Source of the DNA: Utricularia gibba
Lineage: Eukaryota > Plantae > Magnoliophyta
Direction: 5' to 3'
Assembly: GCA_002189035.1 (NCBI GenBank)
Contig: NEEC01000012.1
Coordinates: forward strand, 682,001-746,000
DNA: 64,000 nucleotides
In this document: in pieces, positions 1 through 14,011 of the stretch
Numbering within the stretch: the first letter of the stretch is position 1
Layout of the letters: every line of letters starts with the position of its first letter
Position numbers and translations under genes: made by a program
The notes under the pieces: model-generated
What the model saw: only the letters and a program-made list of their open reading frames with translations
Databases searched by the model: none
What the model was told of the DNA's origin: nothing

Positions 1-461
1 CAGAGGTCTATGCATCAGATTTCCAGAGGATGGAGCAAACGAGCTGAATACAACGATGATTATTTGCTTGCCAAAGTTCTATGGGAAAATTGGAGAGAAC
101 CCCCATGAGCATCTTGACAATGTAATAGGAGTATGCGCTCATTGAAGGGAGCTAGAATGACTAAAAATTCCACTTGTTTGAGAGCCTTCCAGTTTACTTT
201 GGAAGGAGGAGCCAAAACGTGGTTCAACTCACTAAGGCTTGGAATGAAGAAGGTATTTTTGAGAAAATATTTTCTAGCTTCCAAGGCCAAAGGAATTAGA
301 AAAAAAATCTGTGATGTTGAACAAATGAGTGGAGAATCATTGCACGAATATTGGGAAAGGTTTAATCATCTTTTGGGCTCCTGCCCACACCATGGTTTTC
401 AGATCAATGCCTTGGTCAAATACTTCTATGATGCATTGTTATGCAATGATAGAGCCATGGT

Positions 462-959
462 TGTAATACCCTGGCTCAGGGCCCGTGGTAGTATGGCAAA
501 GGAGAGGGTGCAAGGTGGCATGTGACATGGCTAAACAGGTAATTGAGACTAGTATGGGCTAGGGCGTCTTCGGGCTAGGCCCGTCGGATGGTTGTGGCAA
601 GGCTTGCTACCTTATTTCCCTCTTCGTGACTTAGTATTATTTCCTTGCTTGTTGTGCTCGTTTTCCCTTATGTTGTGGCGTCGAGCGCCTAGGCTTGCTG
701 CCTTGTGTTGGAACCTTGACTCTTGTTACTTAATAAAATTGCTATTGCGTTACATATGCTTTTTGGTGAGTCATGGCGAAGGGATCTGGCGAGGGATGCC
801 GCCAGGGATCGCCAAGTGCTAGGAATGGCGGTGTGGCAAAGGAAAGATGCACCCTTAATCAAGTTCCTAACCCACCCCATGATGATTGGGACACTCGTGC
901 TGAGTGTTAGATGTTGGTAATGGCCTTAGTGTCTAGGGTGCAGGTCGCGGGTCGTTACA
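462..959. mobile_element. Solo LTR (498 bp, chromovirus/Tekay-like termini) inserted in gag
   Basis: Termini TGTAATACCC...GGGTCGTTACA, flanked on both sides by CATGGT (456-461, 960-965). Removing it restores gag DRAMVDS. Confidence 0.85.
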
Positions 960-1510
960 CATGGTAGATTCAGCGATAGGAGGATTTATAAGGAAAAAGA
1001 CACCAACCGAAGCTCTTTCCTTGTTTGAGGAGTTGGTTGAGCATTCGAGACATATTATCAGGAAGCAAGCCTCAATTAAGAGAGTGTATGAAGTGGAGAG
1101 TAAGCCTAGGATTTCAAATACTAGGCTGGAGGGATCATCCAAATTTTCATTGAAGCAACAACGAAAATTCTTACAAAGGAGAAAGCTCAACCATGGGGCA
1201 GCAAAATTTTCAGGAGCAAAGATCTTATCAGACGCCTCCATTTCAAAGGCAAAACCAATAGAACCAGAAGCCGTTTCAAGTCCCCAAATCAAGGCAATGC
1301 TGAAGGGAATTCTGGAAATTCGTTGGAAGAAATGTTGAAGACATTCATGGCACAATCAATCAAAAATCAAGCTGAAAATCAACAAGCGATCCGAAATTTG
1401 GAGGTTCAAGTGAGTTAGTTGGCAGCAGAGCTTGGAGACCTGTTACAGAAAGGGAGTCTACAATCTCAACCCAAGCCAAACCCAAATTCCAGTGGAGGAC
1501 TGAACAACAG

Positions 1511-2775
1511 TGTTGCGTGTCGTTTCCTCAACAAATTTTAAATATTTAAAACATAAAACACCAAATAGCGTAGTATGAGTATTGATCTCAGGGAGTTGTT
1601 TTTTGTGAAAAGTGTTTTGTAAGCAACTTCTACAAAATGTCACGGTTTTGTAAAAGGGGGTTTGTGGAATGCAGAAAGAAAAGTTATAACCTAAGTGATG
1701 AGGCTTGACTACGGGAAGCAGTTTCTAGGAATGAGATTCCATCTTCTTCCTTTGTCTATCCTCGCCTCGGCTTTCACTGATTCTTTCCAAATAGCTGGTT
1801 ATAGGAGCAAGGAATAGCCTACTCTCCCTTACACTCTGATTGACAAGGAGGCACGGGAATACCCTCATGTGATTCCCCCTTGGACGATTAGGAAGACTAG
1901 AGGATTGCCTTCGATTGCCTTCAAAATCGAATTGCGCGCATGTGCCCAGTTGTTGCCAATTGCCAGTGGTAGGTCCGAGGTCACAACCTGTCCACTGTCG
2001 CATACCTAGGCCACAAACAATCCGCTAGGCGGGGTTGGAGTTAAGGCTCTTCACCTTGATCTTCACCAAAATCCACGAGGAGTGGCCTGCTACTCATTGA
2101 CCTTGACTAGGAGTCGTTATAGAAAGACTGCAACAAAGCGCGTGGAAGTATGCAGAATCCAAATTGAATTCAACGAATAACAGAGTGTAGTGCTCAAGAC
2201 TTGGAAGGAAACTTCATCTACTTCCTAGAAACTAAAAGGTTTTTAGCCACAAAGGGCCATGAAAACAGAAATGGAATTGGAAACTAAGTGTTCTTCCTCC
2301 TTGAGGGGAGGAAGAACTCACAAGTTCTTAGTACAAGAGAGAAAATGGCAAAAGTTGAAAAGTCCGAAACTAAGTGCTCCAAGTGGTTTTTATATCACTC
2401 TCCACGTGCATTAACTCCTTTGGGCCCTCTTCCCATCAAACTTCCTTTGCATGCAAGTTAGCACCTAATCATTGCTGCAGACTCTGACATGCCGTAAGTT
2501 AGGGGCCTTGACCAGTGTCAGTCTTCCGCCCACAATCATTCCAAGTCACATACAAGGCACAAAAATTCAAACTCCACCTGAAACACTCCACGATAGTCTT
2601 CTGACATGTCTCGGTCAAAGTGTGAGAAAAAAGACAGAAAATATGTACGAAATAGGAAAATAGGGTTTTTCTAAGGAAAATCAATTTCTTATCAATATAA
2701 TTCCTAATTGGGTGACTTAATATATAATTAACACATAATAATACCTAAATAATTACTAGAAAATGACACTTAACA
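1511..2775 (-). mobile_element. Athila-type solo LTR (1265 bp) inserted in gag
   Basis: TGTTG...TAACA termini; TSD AACAG/ATCAG (4/5). Its reverse complement matches the LTR ending at 23097, which is followed by a PBS. Host gag rejoins as GGLNN-SAMTLRS. Confidence 0.8.
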
Positions 2776-5700
2776 ATCAGTGCCATGACACTTAGGAGTG
2801 GAAAAGAAAAGTCTGGGAGAGAACTAGTCCAGACTGAGACTAAGGAGAATGAAGTAGAGGAGTACGAAGTTGTTGTGCAAAGTGAGGACGAAATTGAAGT
2901 ACTACCAGAATCTGCCACAGTGAAGTTGGCCTAGCCTTCTTTTCGAGGAAGGCTGAAGCTTAAAGAAGAGCAAAATGAGAAAGAGAAACTGTTGAAAGCA
3001 TTGGGAAACACTCATTTGAATTTAGCTCTCTTGGAGTATATTGATCTTGTGCCAAAGAGTGTTAAATATTTGAAGCAATTGTGTAAGTCTAAACCCAAGT
3101 TGAAATTGAGTGAAAGCTGCTCAACACTTCTCACATGGAAACTACCTGAAAAGCGTAAGGATCTGGGTATGTTTTTTATCCCATGCGAAATAGGAGATTT
3201 GTGCATTAGGAGAGCTATGGTAGACTTGAGAGCTTCTATAAATGTCATGTCAAATTCTATTTATGAGGCACTTAGGTTGGGACCTTTGCAAGCATCAGGT
3301 GTACAAATTGAGCTGGCTGATAGGAGAGTGATTTCTCTAAAAGGCTTGGTTGAGGATGTTCTTGTAAAAATTGAGCATCTGGTGTTCCCAGCTGATTTTT
3401 ATGTGGTGAACAGCTCACTGGAGGATCAAATAACACAACAATTATCTTGGGGAGACCATTCTTGAGCACTTTAAATGCTATTATCAACGTGAAGATGGGA
3501 ACTATTGAGCTTTCTTTTGATGAAGACAAAATTACACTGGATATGAAGGATGTTAAGAATTATCCCAATGATTTTGAGAGCATTTGTGTTGTGGATGTCA
3601 TGGATGGACTCATTGAGGAGCACTTGAAGAAAGAAATTCAAAAAAAAAAAAAGAGGCTCATGAAGAATCTTTATTTGTAAAAATTGAAGCTGAAGAAAAG
3701 TTAGGGCAATTAAATATGGTGCAAGTCAAGACTTAGGAAGAGAGGTTAGCTGAATTGAAACCGTTGCCAAATTATTTAAAATATGTTTTTCTTGATGCAG
3801 AGTTAAGGAACCCCGTCATCATCTCCATTGGTCTCAGCTTAGACTAAGAGTCGCGACTTCTCGAGGTACTTAACATAAACAAGAAGGCAATAGGTTGGAC
3901 GCTTGATGATATTGAGGGGATCTGCCCATCCATATGCATGCACAAAATTTTTCTAGAGGATGGTGCAAAACAAGTTCGTCAACCTCAAAGACACCTCAAC
4001 CCAAACATGATGGAGAAGGTAAGAAAAGAAATTGTTGAACTTTATGATGCAGGGATTATTTACTCTATCACAGATAGTGAATGGGTAAGTCCCATTCACG
4101 TTGCGCCAAAGAAGATAGGATGACTATGGTAGAAAATGAGAAAGGCGAGCTTGTTCCACAAAGGGTGTAGAATAGATGGCATGTTTTCATAGATTATCGA
4201 AAATTAAATGAAATGACAAAGAAAGACCATTATATCCTTTGCCTTTTATCCTAGAAAATCGTTTTATTGTTTTTTGGATGGATATTTTGAATATAATCAG
4301 TTTTCTATTTCAGAGCAGGACCAAGATAAGACAACCTTCACGTGCCCATTTGAAATTTATTGAAATATTTATGGATGATTTTACAGTACATGGAGAAAAT
4401 TTTGAGTCATGCTTAGACCACTTAGATAAGGTTTTGAAGAAATGTGTTGAAAATAATTTGGTTTTAAATTCTGAAAAATGTCATTTAATGGTGGATCCTG
4501 GAATTGTTTTAGGACATGTGATTTCTGAAAAAGGAATCGAGGTAGATGAGGCGAAAATTGAGATTATGTCTGAGCTTCCTTATCCTATTAATGTAAAAGA
4601 TATCAGATCATTTTTAGCACATGTTGGTTTTTATAGGAGGTTTATTAAAAAAATTTCAAAAATTGTCTTGCCTCTTAGTAGATTATTGCATAATGATGTT
4701 GCCTTTAATTTTGATGATTCATGTAAGCAAGTTTTTAATTCTTTAAAAAAGGCTGTTACTACTACACCTGTGATGCAACCACCTGATTGGAAATATGATT
4801 TTGAGATTATGTGTGATGCAAGTAATTATGCTGTGGCTGCTGTTTTAGGACAGAAAATTGAAGGAAAGCACCATGTTATCTCTTATGGTTCGAAAACCTT
4901 GGATGAAGCCCAGAAAAATTATACCATCACTGAAAGGAAATTTCTTGGTTCGAAAACCTTGGATGAACAACTATTCTCAGTTCGGACTAGTATACGTGAA
5001 CTGTGGTTTGCTGATCTTGCAAACCTTGTTTCAACAGGGGTGATGCCACTTGGAATGGACTCTCATGCGAGGAATAAGCTGAAGAGTGATGCCAAATACT
5101 ACATATGGGATGATCCATATTTATGGAAGCAATGTAATGACATTCGAAGGTGCGTTCATGAAAATGAAATTCCAAAAATAATTGATTCTTGTCATATAGG
5201 ACCTTTTGGTGGCCATCATAGACCAAATAGAACAACGAGAAAAATTCTAGATTGCGGATTTTATTGGCCACATATTTTCAGAGATTGTTACGCTTATTGC
5301 AAAGGTAGTGAACCATGCCAAAGGGTAGGAAATTTATCAAACCGAAACGAAATGCCTCAGCAAGGAATCCTGGTATGTGAATTATTTGACGTATGGGGTA
5401 TAGATTTTATTGGACCATTTCCTACTTCAGCAGGTTCCAATTACATTGTGGTTGCGGTTGATTACGTGTCGAAGTGGATTGAAGCAATCCCTACACGGAC
5501 TGATGATGCAAAGACGATGATTAATTTCTTGCGCAACAACATCTTCACAAGATATGGAACTCCTAAGACACTGATCAGTGATAGGGGGAACCCATTTTTA
5601 CAATCAAGTCTTAAGGAGTGTTTTGAAGCATTTTAATGTTTGGTACAAGCCTTCTACAGCGTACCATCCACAAACCAATGGACAAACTGAAGTCTCAAAC

Positions 5701-6841
5701 AAGGAAATCAAACAAATTATGGAGAAAGTTGTGAACCCAAGCAGGAAGGACTGGAGCATGAGGTTAAAGGATGCACTTTGGGCCATCCACACAGCATACA
5801 AGACTCCCATTGGAACCTCACCATTTCGGTTGGTCTATGGGAAGCGTTGTAGATTACTAGCAGCTCTTGAGCACAAGGCCTGGTGGGCTATGAAAAAGTT
5901 GAATTTGGATAGGAACCTTAGTGCAAGCCACAGGAAGCTTCAACTTTCAGAACTGGAGGAGTTGAGAAATGACGCATACGAGAGCTCAAAACTATTCAAG
6001 GCTCGTACTAAGAGTTATCATGACACGTATATTTCCATGAGAAATTTCGAGATTGGCTAGAAAGTTTTATTATTCCAATCCAGGTTGAAATTGCATCCTG
6101 GAAAGCTGAAATCAAGATGGATAGAGACTTTTATTGTGAAGGAAATTTTTCCAAATGGTGCCGTGGAGATATTTGATGGAGATTCAAAGAAAGAATTTTT
6201 GGTAAATGGGCATAGGTTGAAAGTTTTTTATGAAAATGCTAACATGTTCACAGGAAATTTGGAGGTGACCAAGCTGATGCATGCTCCAGAAACGTAGCCA
6301 CACAAGAAGTCGAGTCCAAGACTTTAAACAAGGGTGCTTATGGGAGGCAACCCATGGTTAACTCTTTTAATTTAGGGTTAATATCATTTTTTGTATCAAT
6401 ACAATACCGTTTTTTATTCTTAATCTCTTTATTTTTTTTGTTGCAGATATGGTCACTTTTCTTCACCTAAAATATCATTCATCTTCTAATAGTGTTTTCC
6501 GATGAGTTGCCGTCATGGTTAACTAATTTAACTACTCTTTGAGATCAATTTTTGTCCCTTTTTTTAATGGCCTTTTACACTCTTTATCTACTTGTTTTTG
6601 AATCCATAAGAGATTGAAAATAGTACGTAGACGAGTAAGGCTGGAAAATTTAATACAATATGTCCATACATTTAATATCTATCCAAAATAACATACAAAT
6701 GATTAACTCTAGTTGGTAAACTCGAAAATTTAAACTAGTTTCTTCATTGCAAGCTACCCATAGCATCACTTGGAGGGTAAATTGGTTTCTCCATCTCCTT
6801 TTTTCCTCTTCAAACAGCTCTTAAGATTTGAAACCATTTGA

Positions 6842-7690
6842 AACAATATCTTCACGAGATATGGAACTCCTAAGGCCCTGATCAGTGATAGGGGAACCCA
6901 TTTTTACAATCAGGCCTTGAGGAGTGTTTTGAAGCATTTCAATGTTTGGAACAAGTCTTCTACAGCGTACCATCCACAAACCAATGGACAAACTGAAGTC
7001 TCTAACAGGGAAATCAAACAAATCCTGGCGAAAGTAGTGAACCCAAGCAGGAAGGACTGAAGCATGAGGTTGAAAGATGCACTTTGGGCCATATGGACAG
7101 CATACAAGACTCCTATTGAGACCTCACCATTTCGGTTGGTCTATGGGAAGCCTTGTAGATTACAAGCAGCTCTTGAGCACAAGGCTTGATGGGGTGTGAA
7201 GAAGTTGAACTTGGACACAAACCTTAGTGCAAGTCACAAGAAACTTCAGCTTTCAGAACTGGAGGAGTTGAGAAATGATGTGTACGAGAGCTCAACATTA
7301 TTCAAGGCTTGGACTAATAGTTATCATGACGCGCATATCTCCAGGAGAAATTTCGAGATTGGCCAAAAAGTCTTATTATTCCAATTCAGGTAGAAATTGC
7401 ATCATGGGAAACTGAAATCAAGATGGATAGGGCCTTTTATTATGAAGGAAATTTTTCCAAATGGTGCTTTGGAGACATTTGATGGAGATTCAAACAAAGA
7501 ATTTTTGGTAAATGAGCATCGCCTAAAGATTTTTTATGAAAATATTGAAAACATGTTTACAGGGAATGTGGAGACGATTAAGCTGATGGATGCACCAGAA
7601 ATGTAGCCACATGAGAAGTCGGGTCCAAGACTTTAAACAAGGGCGGTTATAGGAGGCAACCCATGGTTAACTCTTTTAATTTATGCATTT
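6842..7690 (+). repeat. Second copy of integrase C-terminal half plus downstream non-coding sequence (duplicate of ~5536-6380)
   Basis: Near-identical direct repeat from AACAAYATCTTCAC..GATATGGAACTCCTAAG to ATGGTTAACTCTTTTAATTTA; ORF fragments 7196-7393 and 7397-7606 mirror 5578-6060 and 6085-6297. Confidence 0.9.
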
Positions 7691-7827
7691 TTTATTTCAT
7701 TTTTAATGTGTTTTTTTTTATGATTTTTTCCATGTTTTGTGCTGCCGGGCAAGGATGGATGCTTAACTCAGGGGAAGTTACACAAGAATTCGACCGTTGA
7801 GGGAAGTGGGAAGTCGAACCAAAGGAA

Positions 7828-9644
7828 ATGATGGAAAAACCCCTGGTGCTTGAAATGAATTGGAGGAGCAGTTTCTTTGTTCCTCATTTCAACCGTTTCC
7901 TCTATGATTTTTCTGTAAAAATTACAGTGGTAGAAACAGAATGCCTACAACAAGAAGTGGAAGAAAAGCCGCAAAGGAGAGACCCGGCCGAAAGAAAATG
8001 CAAACAAAGCAGCCAAAGGAAGTTGCTGGAGACGCTGAAGAGAAATCACATTTGTTCCAGCCCTAGAAGAAGGTGATTTGCCTACTGTTACTGCCACGGA
8101 AAATTTCCAGGTAGTATATGTGATCCTTCAGGCGGTTGAGATCGGAGAACCCTCTGGCACCCCCAGCTTAGAGCATGTGAGACTCCAACGAAGATTGCGG
8201 GACATGCAGAAAAGTTACAAGAAGAGGAAAGCATCAGTGGAAGAACAACCCTCAGGACCACAACTCTTGACTATGAAGAAGAAAGGGAAGAGTAGGAAGA
8301 AAAAGCAGAGAACACCACTGGATGAACCTGCTCCGGAAGAAGAAGATGTCGTGCCCCAGGAATCAGCAGCACTTGTCCTAGAGACAAATACTGAAAAAAC
8401 TAGAGATGAAGTGGAGGAACTTGAGGAAGAACCAATTGCTGAAGAAGAAGTTTTAATGGACAGAAATGAGGGCGAAAATGAAGAAAATCAGAATAAGGAA
8501 ATTGAGCATGCAGAGGAGGAAGCAGGGGAGCAGTCATTTGGGAGCACCACAGAAAAGAAAATGAAGGTATCACTAAAAGAAAGAAATTTTTACCTAAATT
8601 GGTGCCTCTATATGTGAAAGCAGGGAAGTTTGCACAAGAAAAGGAGAAATTCCAGAGGCAAAGGATGCGCAAAGGGATACCATACTTCAAGCATCACATA
8701 GACATGTTGAACACCCCGTACTTGACCTTCACAGAAGAAATGCATGCTGATCAGTACGGTGAGGTCAAAGGTGCAAAGGTAACACATGTCATCATATTGA
8801 TCACGATATTTTGGTGGAATTAGGAATTGTTGATAGAGTTTCTTCTTTTTTTGAAGGCACAACGTTCATGAATTTGTTTGAAACGAAATTTCCTGCGTAC
8901 ATTGAACTATCTTATGAATTTTCTGCCACTTTTGTGTATGAAATCCCTAAAACTATGCTAGACCCTGCTGCTATCTCTTTTAGATTAATGGGTGTTGAAT
9001 TTTCTTTTTCAGTGGCTGAATGGAACGTAGCTCTAGGATTTGGTTCATAACATGATATAAATTCTCATGAGTTTGCTGCATCCCTTTTTGATTATCTTGA
9101 TGAATTTGATGCTGAGAAAATTTATGCAATTTTGATCGACAAGCATTCTATAGAATTTAAGGCAAAAGGGTCTAAGGCAGACTTGTTTAATGATTCGGTT
9201 ATGCGTTATGTTCATATCCTTGTTATCATAACACTTTTTGGACGAACTATAGGATTCAATTCTCTTTATAAGCATGAATTATTTTTCATGTGGTGCATCA
9301 TGAAAAAACGCTCTCTGAACTTAGGTGCTATGATTGTTGAACAAATGACTAGAAACTATAGACGCACGAAAATTCAACACTTGAGTTTTGGCAATATCAT
9401 CACACATCTTGCTCATACTTTATGTCCCGAAAAACTGTCTGAATTAGAATGTTTCCATGTTGAAACTAAGACAGTGCCTTTAGATGCATATTTCTTGAAA
9501 GTTGCTGGACTAATCAAAGTCCAAGGGAGTGGGTTTGATTTTAGATCTTTGGCAGGTTTCTGCGGAAATTCTACCCCTAGAGAAGGCAACTCAAATCCCC
9601 CTGCTCCAAGCACAACAGCAAGGGACGCTGCTGCCCGGAAATGA
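7828..9644 (+). pseudogene. Athila env-like/ORF-1-type extra ORF, frameshifted
   Basis: Chain of ORF pieces downstream of INT (7828-8076, 8078-8617, 8599-8823, 8811-9050, 9132-9644). The N-terminus is Lys/Glu-rich; later motifs include YIELSYEFSATF, FRLMG and ELFFMWCI..LNLG. Position matches the Athila extra ORF. Confidence 0.65.
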
Positions 9645-10088
9645 TCAAGGATTTGAGCGAAAAAATGTCAGATTTAATTCGTGAGATGCAAGAGCTGAAA
9701 CAGGGAGTGATTGACTCCTTCCTTTCATGTTTTTACCTTCTACTTTATGAGAGCATGCACATGATTAGAGGAACCTAGGGAGTGTGATCTAGATTTGGTT
9801 GAATTAAGTTGCTGCACTTCATAATCGTTTTGGAGACTGGTTGCCAGTTAAAAAGAAAAGAGGAAAAGTAGCATAAAAAAAATGTTGAGATCAAAGTCCT
9901 TAAAAGCAGCACATAATAAAAAAGCATGTGCGGACTCAATAAGTGGTGAATGGGTAAGAAGGAATATGGATTGATCTGGAGGAGTAAAAGGAGGCCTGGA
10001 GTTATAAGGTGTGAGTGCTTTGCAAACACTCTTTCACAGGAAAGGTCACGACATTATACCCGGATCAGTCCAGAACAAGCTGCCCTTT

Positions 10089-11252
10089 TGATGGTAATTC
10101 TGTAAGTGCATAGAAACCATTGAAGTAATAAAATAAGATTGTTTCCACAAGGAATTGTTATTGGAATTTTCTTTTCAACAAAAAGGACTAAAAAAGACTG
10201 AAAACAAAAGAAAGATTTCTTTTTGAAGACAATAATAAAAGTGGCATTGGATGTAAGATCCACCTTACTTGAAACTCGCTCTTGTGTGTGTGTAAACCTT
10301 GAAGACTGACCTGCTTGCGCAAGCTTTGGGGGTATTATGCTAAATTAGTGCTACTCGGTGACCTTTATAGCACCGTCCCTTGTTTTGTGGGATTATGGAA
10401 TCAACCACGCCACCAGAGCCATTTCATCTCTTGTGATAACCCATGTTTTTCCCACACCCAAATCGTTACCCTACACCTCACACCTCGTAGATAGATTATA
10501 CATGATGTGCCTTACCAATGATGTCCAATTGAGCCCTTCTCCTTAGGTGCTTGCGACCAACCTTTCATTTTCCCCAACTCCCTTAGGGTTATATGGTATA
10601 AAGATCATGTTGGTAAAGAAAACGTTACGAAAAGCAGAATCAAACCTCAATTTAAATGTTGAAAAACATAGTAAGACAGTCACACGCGTAGGACTTGCGT
10701 AAGCGCTCACAGGCGCATGCTCGACTCTAAACAACAAAAGTTGATGGAAAACAATGGAAGACATCCAAAACATGCTAGACTCGACTCTAAACCCTCAATT
10801 GACTCTCTGGTCATCCACCCTTCTAACTAACTACGCCTTGATCTTTGCGTTTGGATCTTCATATAATGGTGGGGACTTGTCAGGCTTTCTTGATGGGCTC
10901 ACATCAAATCTTCTATCTGGATCTTCTAAGATTTGATACAAATCTTCTAGGATAAGATCTAACTTTTCTAAGATAAGATGCGAATCTTATCTTATCCGAG
11001 AATCTTTGACCGAGTCTTCATCCGGATAGACCAAATCTTAGCCTCCCTCAAAGTAGTTCGAAAATCCTCAAAATTATGCCAAACTTACCCTTAAAAATCA
11101 CAAAACGCACTTTCCCTCCAAAAAGATCAAAGTGGTATCAAAGATATAAAATTCTTCTAACAACATAGGGAAAAGTGAAATAAAAAGAAGGCAAAACCTA
11201 TCTAAGTGAGTCTCAAAAAGCACAAATATAAGTGACACAAAATCACTTGTCA
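10089..11252 (-). mobile_element. Athila-type solo LTR (1164 bp)
   Basis: TGATG...TGTCA termini; TSD CCTTT/CCTTC (4/5). 10089-10645 is homologous to 55203-55760. Confidence 0.7.
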
Positions 11253-12120
11253 CCTTCACTATCAAAAAAAAGCTGGCTACACAAACAAGACAAAAGGAAT
11301 AATAAAAAGAGAACAAAGGAAGTTAATGCGTATGAGAGTGATCTAAAACAAAATTCGGAATACTTTGGACAAGACTTTTCTTTTATTTTTTTGCACTTAA
11401 ACTCTTAGTTCTTACTCTCCACATTGGAAAGAAGAACATTTTACTTTTCTATTTTCGAGTTTCTATTTTCATGGTCATTCATGGCTGAATTTTCTTAATT
11501 TATTGGAATAGATGATGTTTACTTCAATGTCTTGAGTTTAAACCTCAATTCTTCTCTAATTTTTTTTGAATTTCACATATTTCCGCACATTATCTTGCAG
11601 TCTTTCTATAATGTTTCTTAGTCACGATCCATGAGTAGGTGGTCACTCCTCATGGATTTTGATGAAGAGCAAGGTGAAGAATACCATATTCCACCCTATT
11701 GGTTAGAGGGAGATAGCGAAATGTCTGTAATCGAGGTACTTTGATAATGGATGAGTGGTGACCTGATACTCGCCATTAGTCATTGGCGACAGTTGGACAC
11801 ACACGCATAATTCAGTTTTGAAGGGAATTGATGGCAATCTCCAAGGAAGAATCACATGAGTCTATTCTTTCCTCGTATAATGAGTTATTCAAAAGAAATC
11901 AAAAAAGGTGAGGCAAGGATAGAAAAAGGAGGAAATATTGTCTCTTTCTTATGAATTGCTTCCTTTAGTTAAGGTCCATTACTTATATCCTTTTTTGTAT
12001 TTAAATATTTCAAAACCCTATGTACAAACCTGTAACAATTTGTAAAAGTTTAGTACATAACACTTTTTGCAAACTCAATTTCCTAATATCGACATTATAC
12101 TATGTTTATTTGTGTTCAAC
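11253..12120 (+). mobile_element. Fragment of the LTR family seen at 1511-2775 and 22330-23097
   Basis: Shared blocks such as CAAAGGAAGTTAATGC..GAGAGTGAT, CCACCCTATTGGTT and GTCATTGGCGAC. Confidence 0.7.
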
Positions 12121-12129
12121 ATTTTTCAT

Positions 12130-13900
12130 ATTTACATGCTGTTGGACTTGAATGAGCTGGAAGAAATTCGTCTCAATACCTACACCAACTAGATTTTGTA
12201 CAAGGAAAAGGTAAAACGCTTCCATGACAGCAAGTTGTGTGAGAAGAAATTTTTAGTTAGAGAAACATTTCTCTTGTTTGATACTATTTTGAAAGTCTTG
12301 TTAGATAAATTGCATTCTAAATGGCTTGGACTTTACAAAGTTGTGCATCTTTTTCCTTCTGGTGTTGTATTTAGTCGTTCATTTGAGATAGGAAAAAGTA
12401 TTAAGGTCAATGGACATCGACTGAAGCCATTTTATAAGAAATTCTAGTGACATACTACGTGCTGCTCACTGCTAATCGAGACCCATTAACAGCTACAGTC
12501 GGCCAAGGATTATTAATTGGCGTTGCATGGATGGCAACCCATGTTTTAAATTGCATAACTGCCAATTTCCTTTTATTTCCAGCACCCAACCCTCAAATTG
12601 CTTTAATTTCAAAGATTCCCACAACCCACTCTCTTCTAATCATTCTACACTCAATCACCCTTCCACCTTTTCAAATCCAACTATTAAACCCTTTTACTGC
12701 CCACCATGATTGGCCACCCGACCTCTCTGGTTACCCGAAGCGCAATTGCTGCCAAGATAAAGAATCAGATATGCAAAACCACTCCTGCTGGGCTATCCCA
12801 AAGGACCCAATCTCACCACAACTATAACCTAGCCAAAGCTTCTCTGCCCATTGAACCTGAACAAGTTCCAGGTGCTGTTCTAGAATCTGCTCCTATTGAG
12901 GCCACACTTGTGAGCATTGTGCCTCTATACCTGGAGTGGTCTCTACCCCTACAATTGTTGCTGCTATTGACGAGCCAGAGACCCCAGTGCCCAACTCTCC
13001 TGAAGCCATTTCTACACGTCGGACTCCAAAAGCCTCACAATTGGAAGAACCTATTCGAGAATAGTGTAAGGAAAAAGAAGGTATGATTTTACACTCATAA
13101 TCCCCTTCCCCAATGCAAGATGAAGATGCCCCTAAAGAGATCACCATCAATGAGGAGGTTGATCTCTGGATCACTGAAATAGAGCGTGCCACTATGGATC
13201 GCTCATGCCTAGAATTCCTACCCAGAGAATAGAATGTTGATGAAGGAATCCCCTTCCTTGGCACTAATGAAAAATGCTCGACTTTTATTTAATCTCCAAA
13301 CTTCTCATTGAATTTTATTTGATTTCAAATTGCATGCTCCTACTTTGGTGCAGTTGAATTTGCCTGCTGATATTAATTGTTTATTTGATGTCTCCCTTGA
13401 ATGACATAAATTTTCTGAAATTATTCTTCCTATTTATCTGAAGCTTGTTTTTGAATTTTATACAACTTTTGTATTTGAGGATATTACAGGTAATCCCCTT
13501 GCTGAGGAGCTAATTTCTTTTCATCTTGATGGTAAACATTTTTGCATGTCTATAAATGATTTTATAGTAGCTTTAAGCTTTGTTTTTTAATCCAATTTAG
13601 ACAGTGCTCATTACCTCTACGCATATTGTGTTTATCATGAGCATTTTAATGTGCTCCCTTATTTTGTGAGCCCCTTATTTTGTATGGAAACTCCAGACCC
13701 ATTACATGAGGGCCCCTGTTCTTTTAGTTCTAAACAGGTATTTGAGAGGCTATTACAATGCAACTCGCCAACGCACCAGCATCATTGCCAAGGTTATCTT
13801 GTTTTTCCTTTGGGCAATGATGACGAAGCTCCCCATAAATCTGGATGGTGGATTACTACTTGATGGAAGGAAAATTCTAAAGATGTTACATTCCTAAAAG
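12130..13900 (+). mobile_element. Gypsy integrase C-terminal remnant followed by a degraded env-like ORF
   Basis: ELEEIR..YKEKVKRFHD..KLHSKWLGLYKV..VNGHRLKPF at 12140-12447; ILFFLWAMM at ~13790 resembles the env-like motif at 9132-9644. Confidence 0.65.
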
Positions 13901-14011
13901 TTTTTTCCATCAAAAGATATTTATAAGATTGAACAAGCATTTTACATCACATTCATGAAGAAAATAATGCAGGTAAATCCTATGTGCAAGCAGAATCAAA
14001 AAGGGGATTTT

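Larger units (their letters stand above)
1..9790 (+). mobile_element. Degenerate Athila-like Ty3/gypsy internal region (gag-AP-RT-RH-INT plus env-like ORF), interrupted by solo LTRs
   Basis: gag (FQFTLEGGAKTWFNSL, ESLHEYWERF) at 1-461/966-1510/2781-2990; AP (AMVDLRASINVM) 2992-3465; RT (WVSPIHV, IFMDDFTV) ~3930-4460; RH (CDASNYAVAAVLGQ); INT (GPFGGH, DVWGIDFIGPF, ISDRG, NGQTE, HPGKLKSRW) to 6297. Many stops, frameshifts and deletions. Confidence 0.9.
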
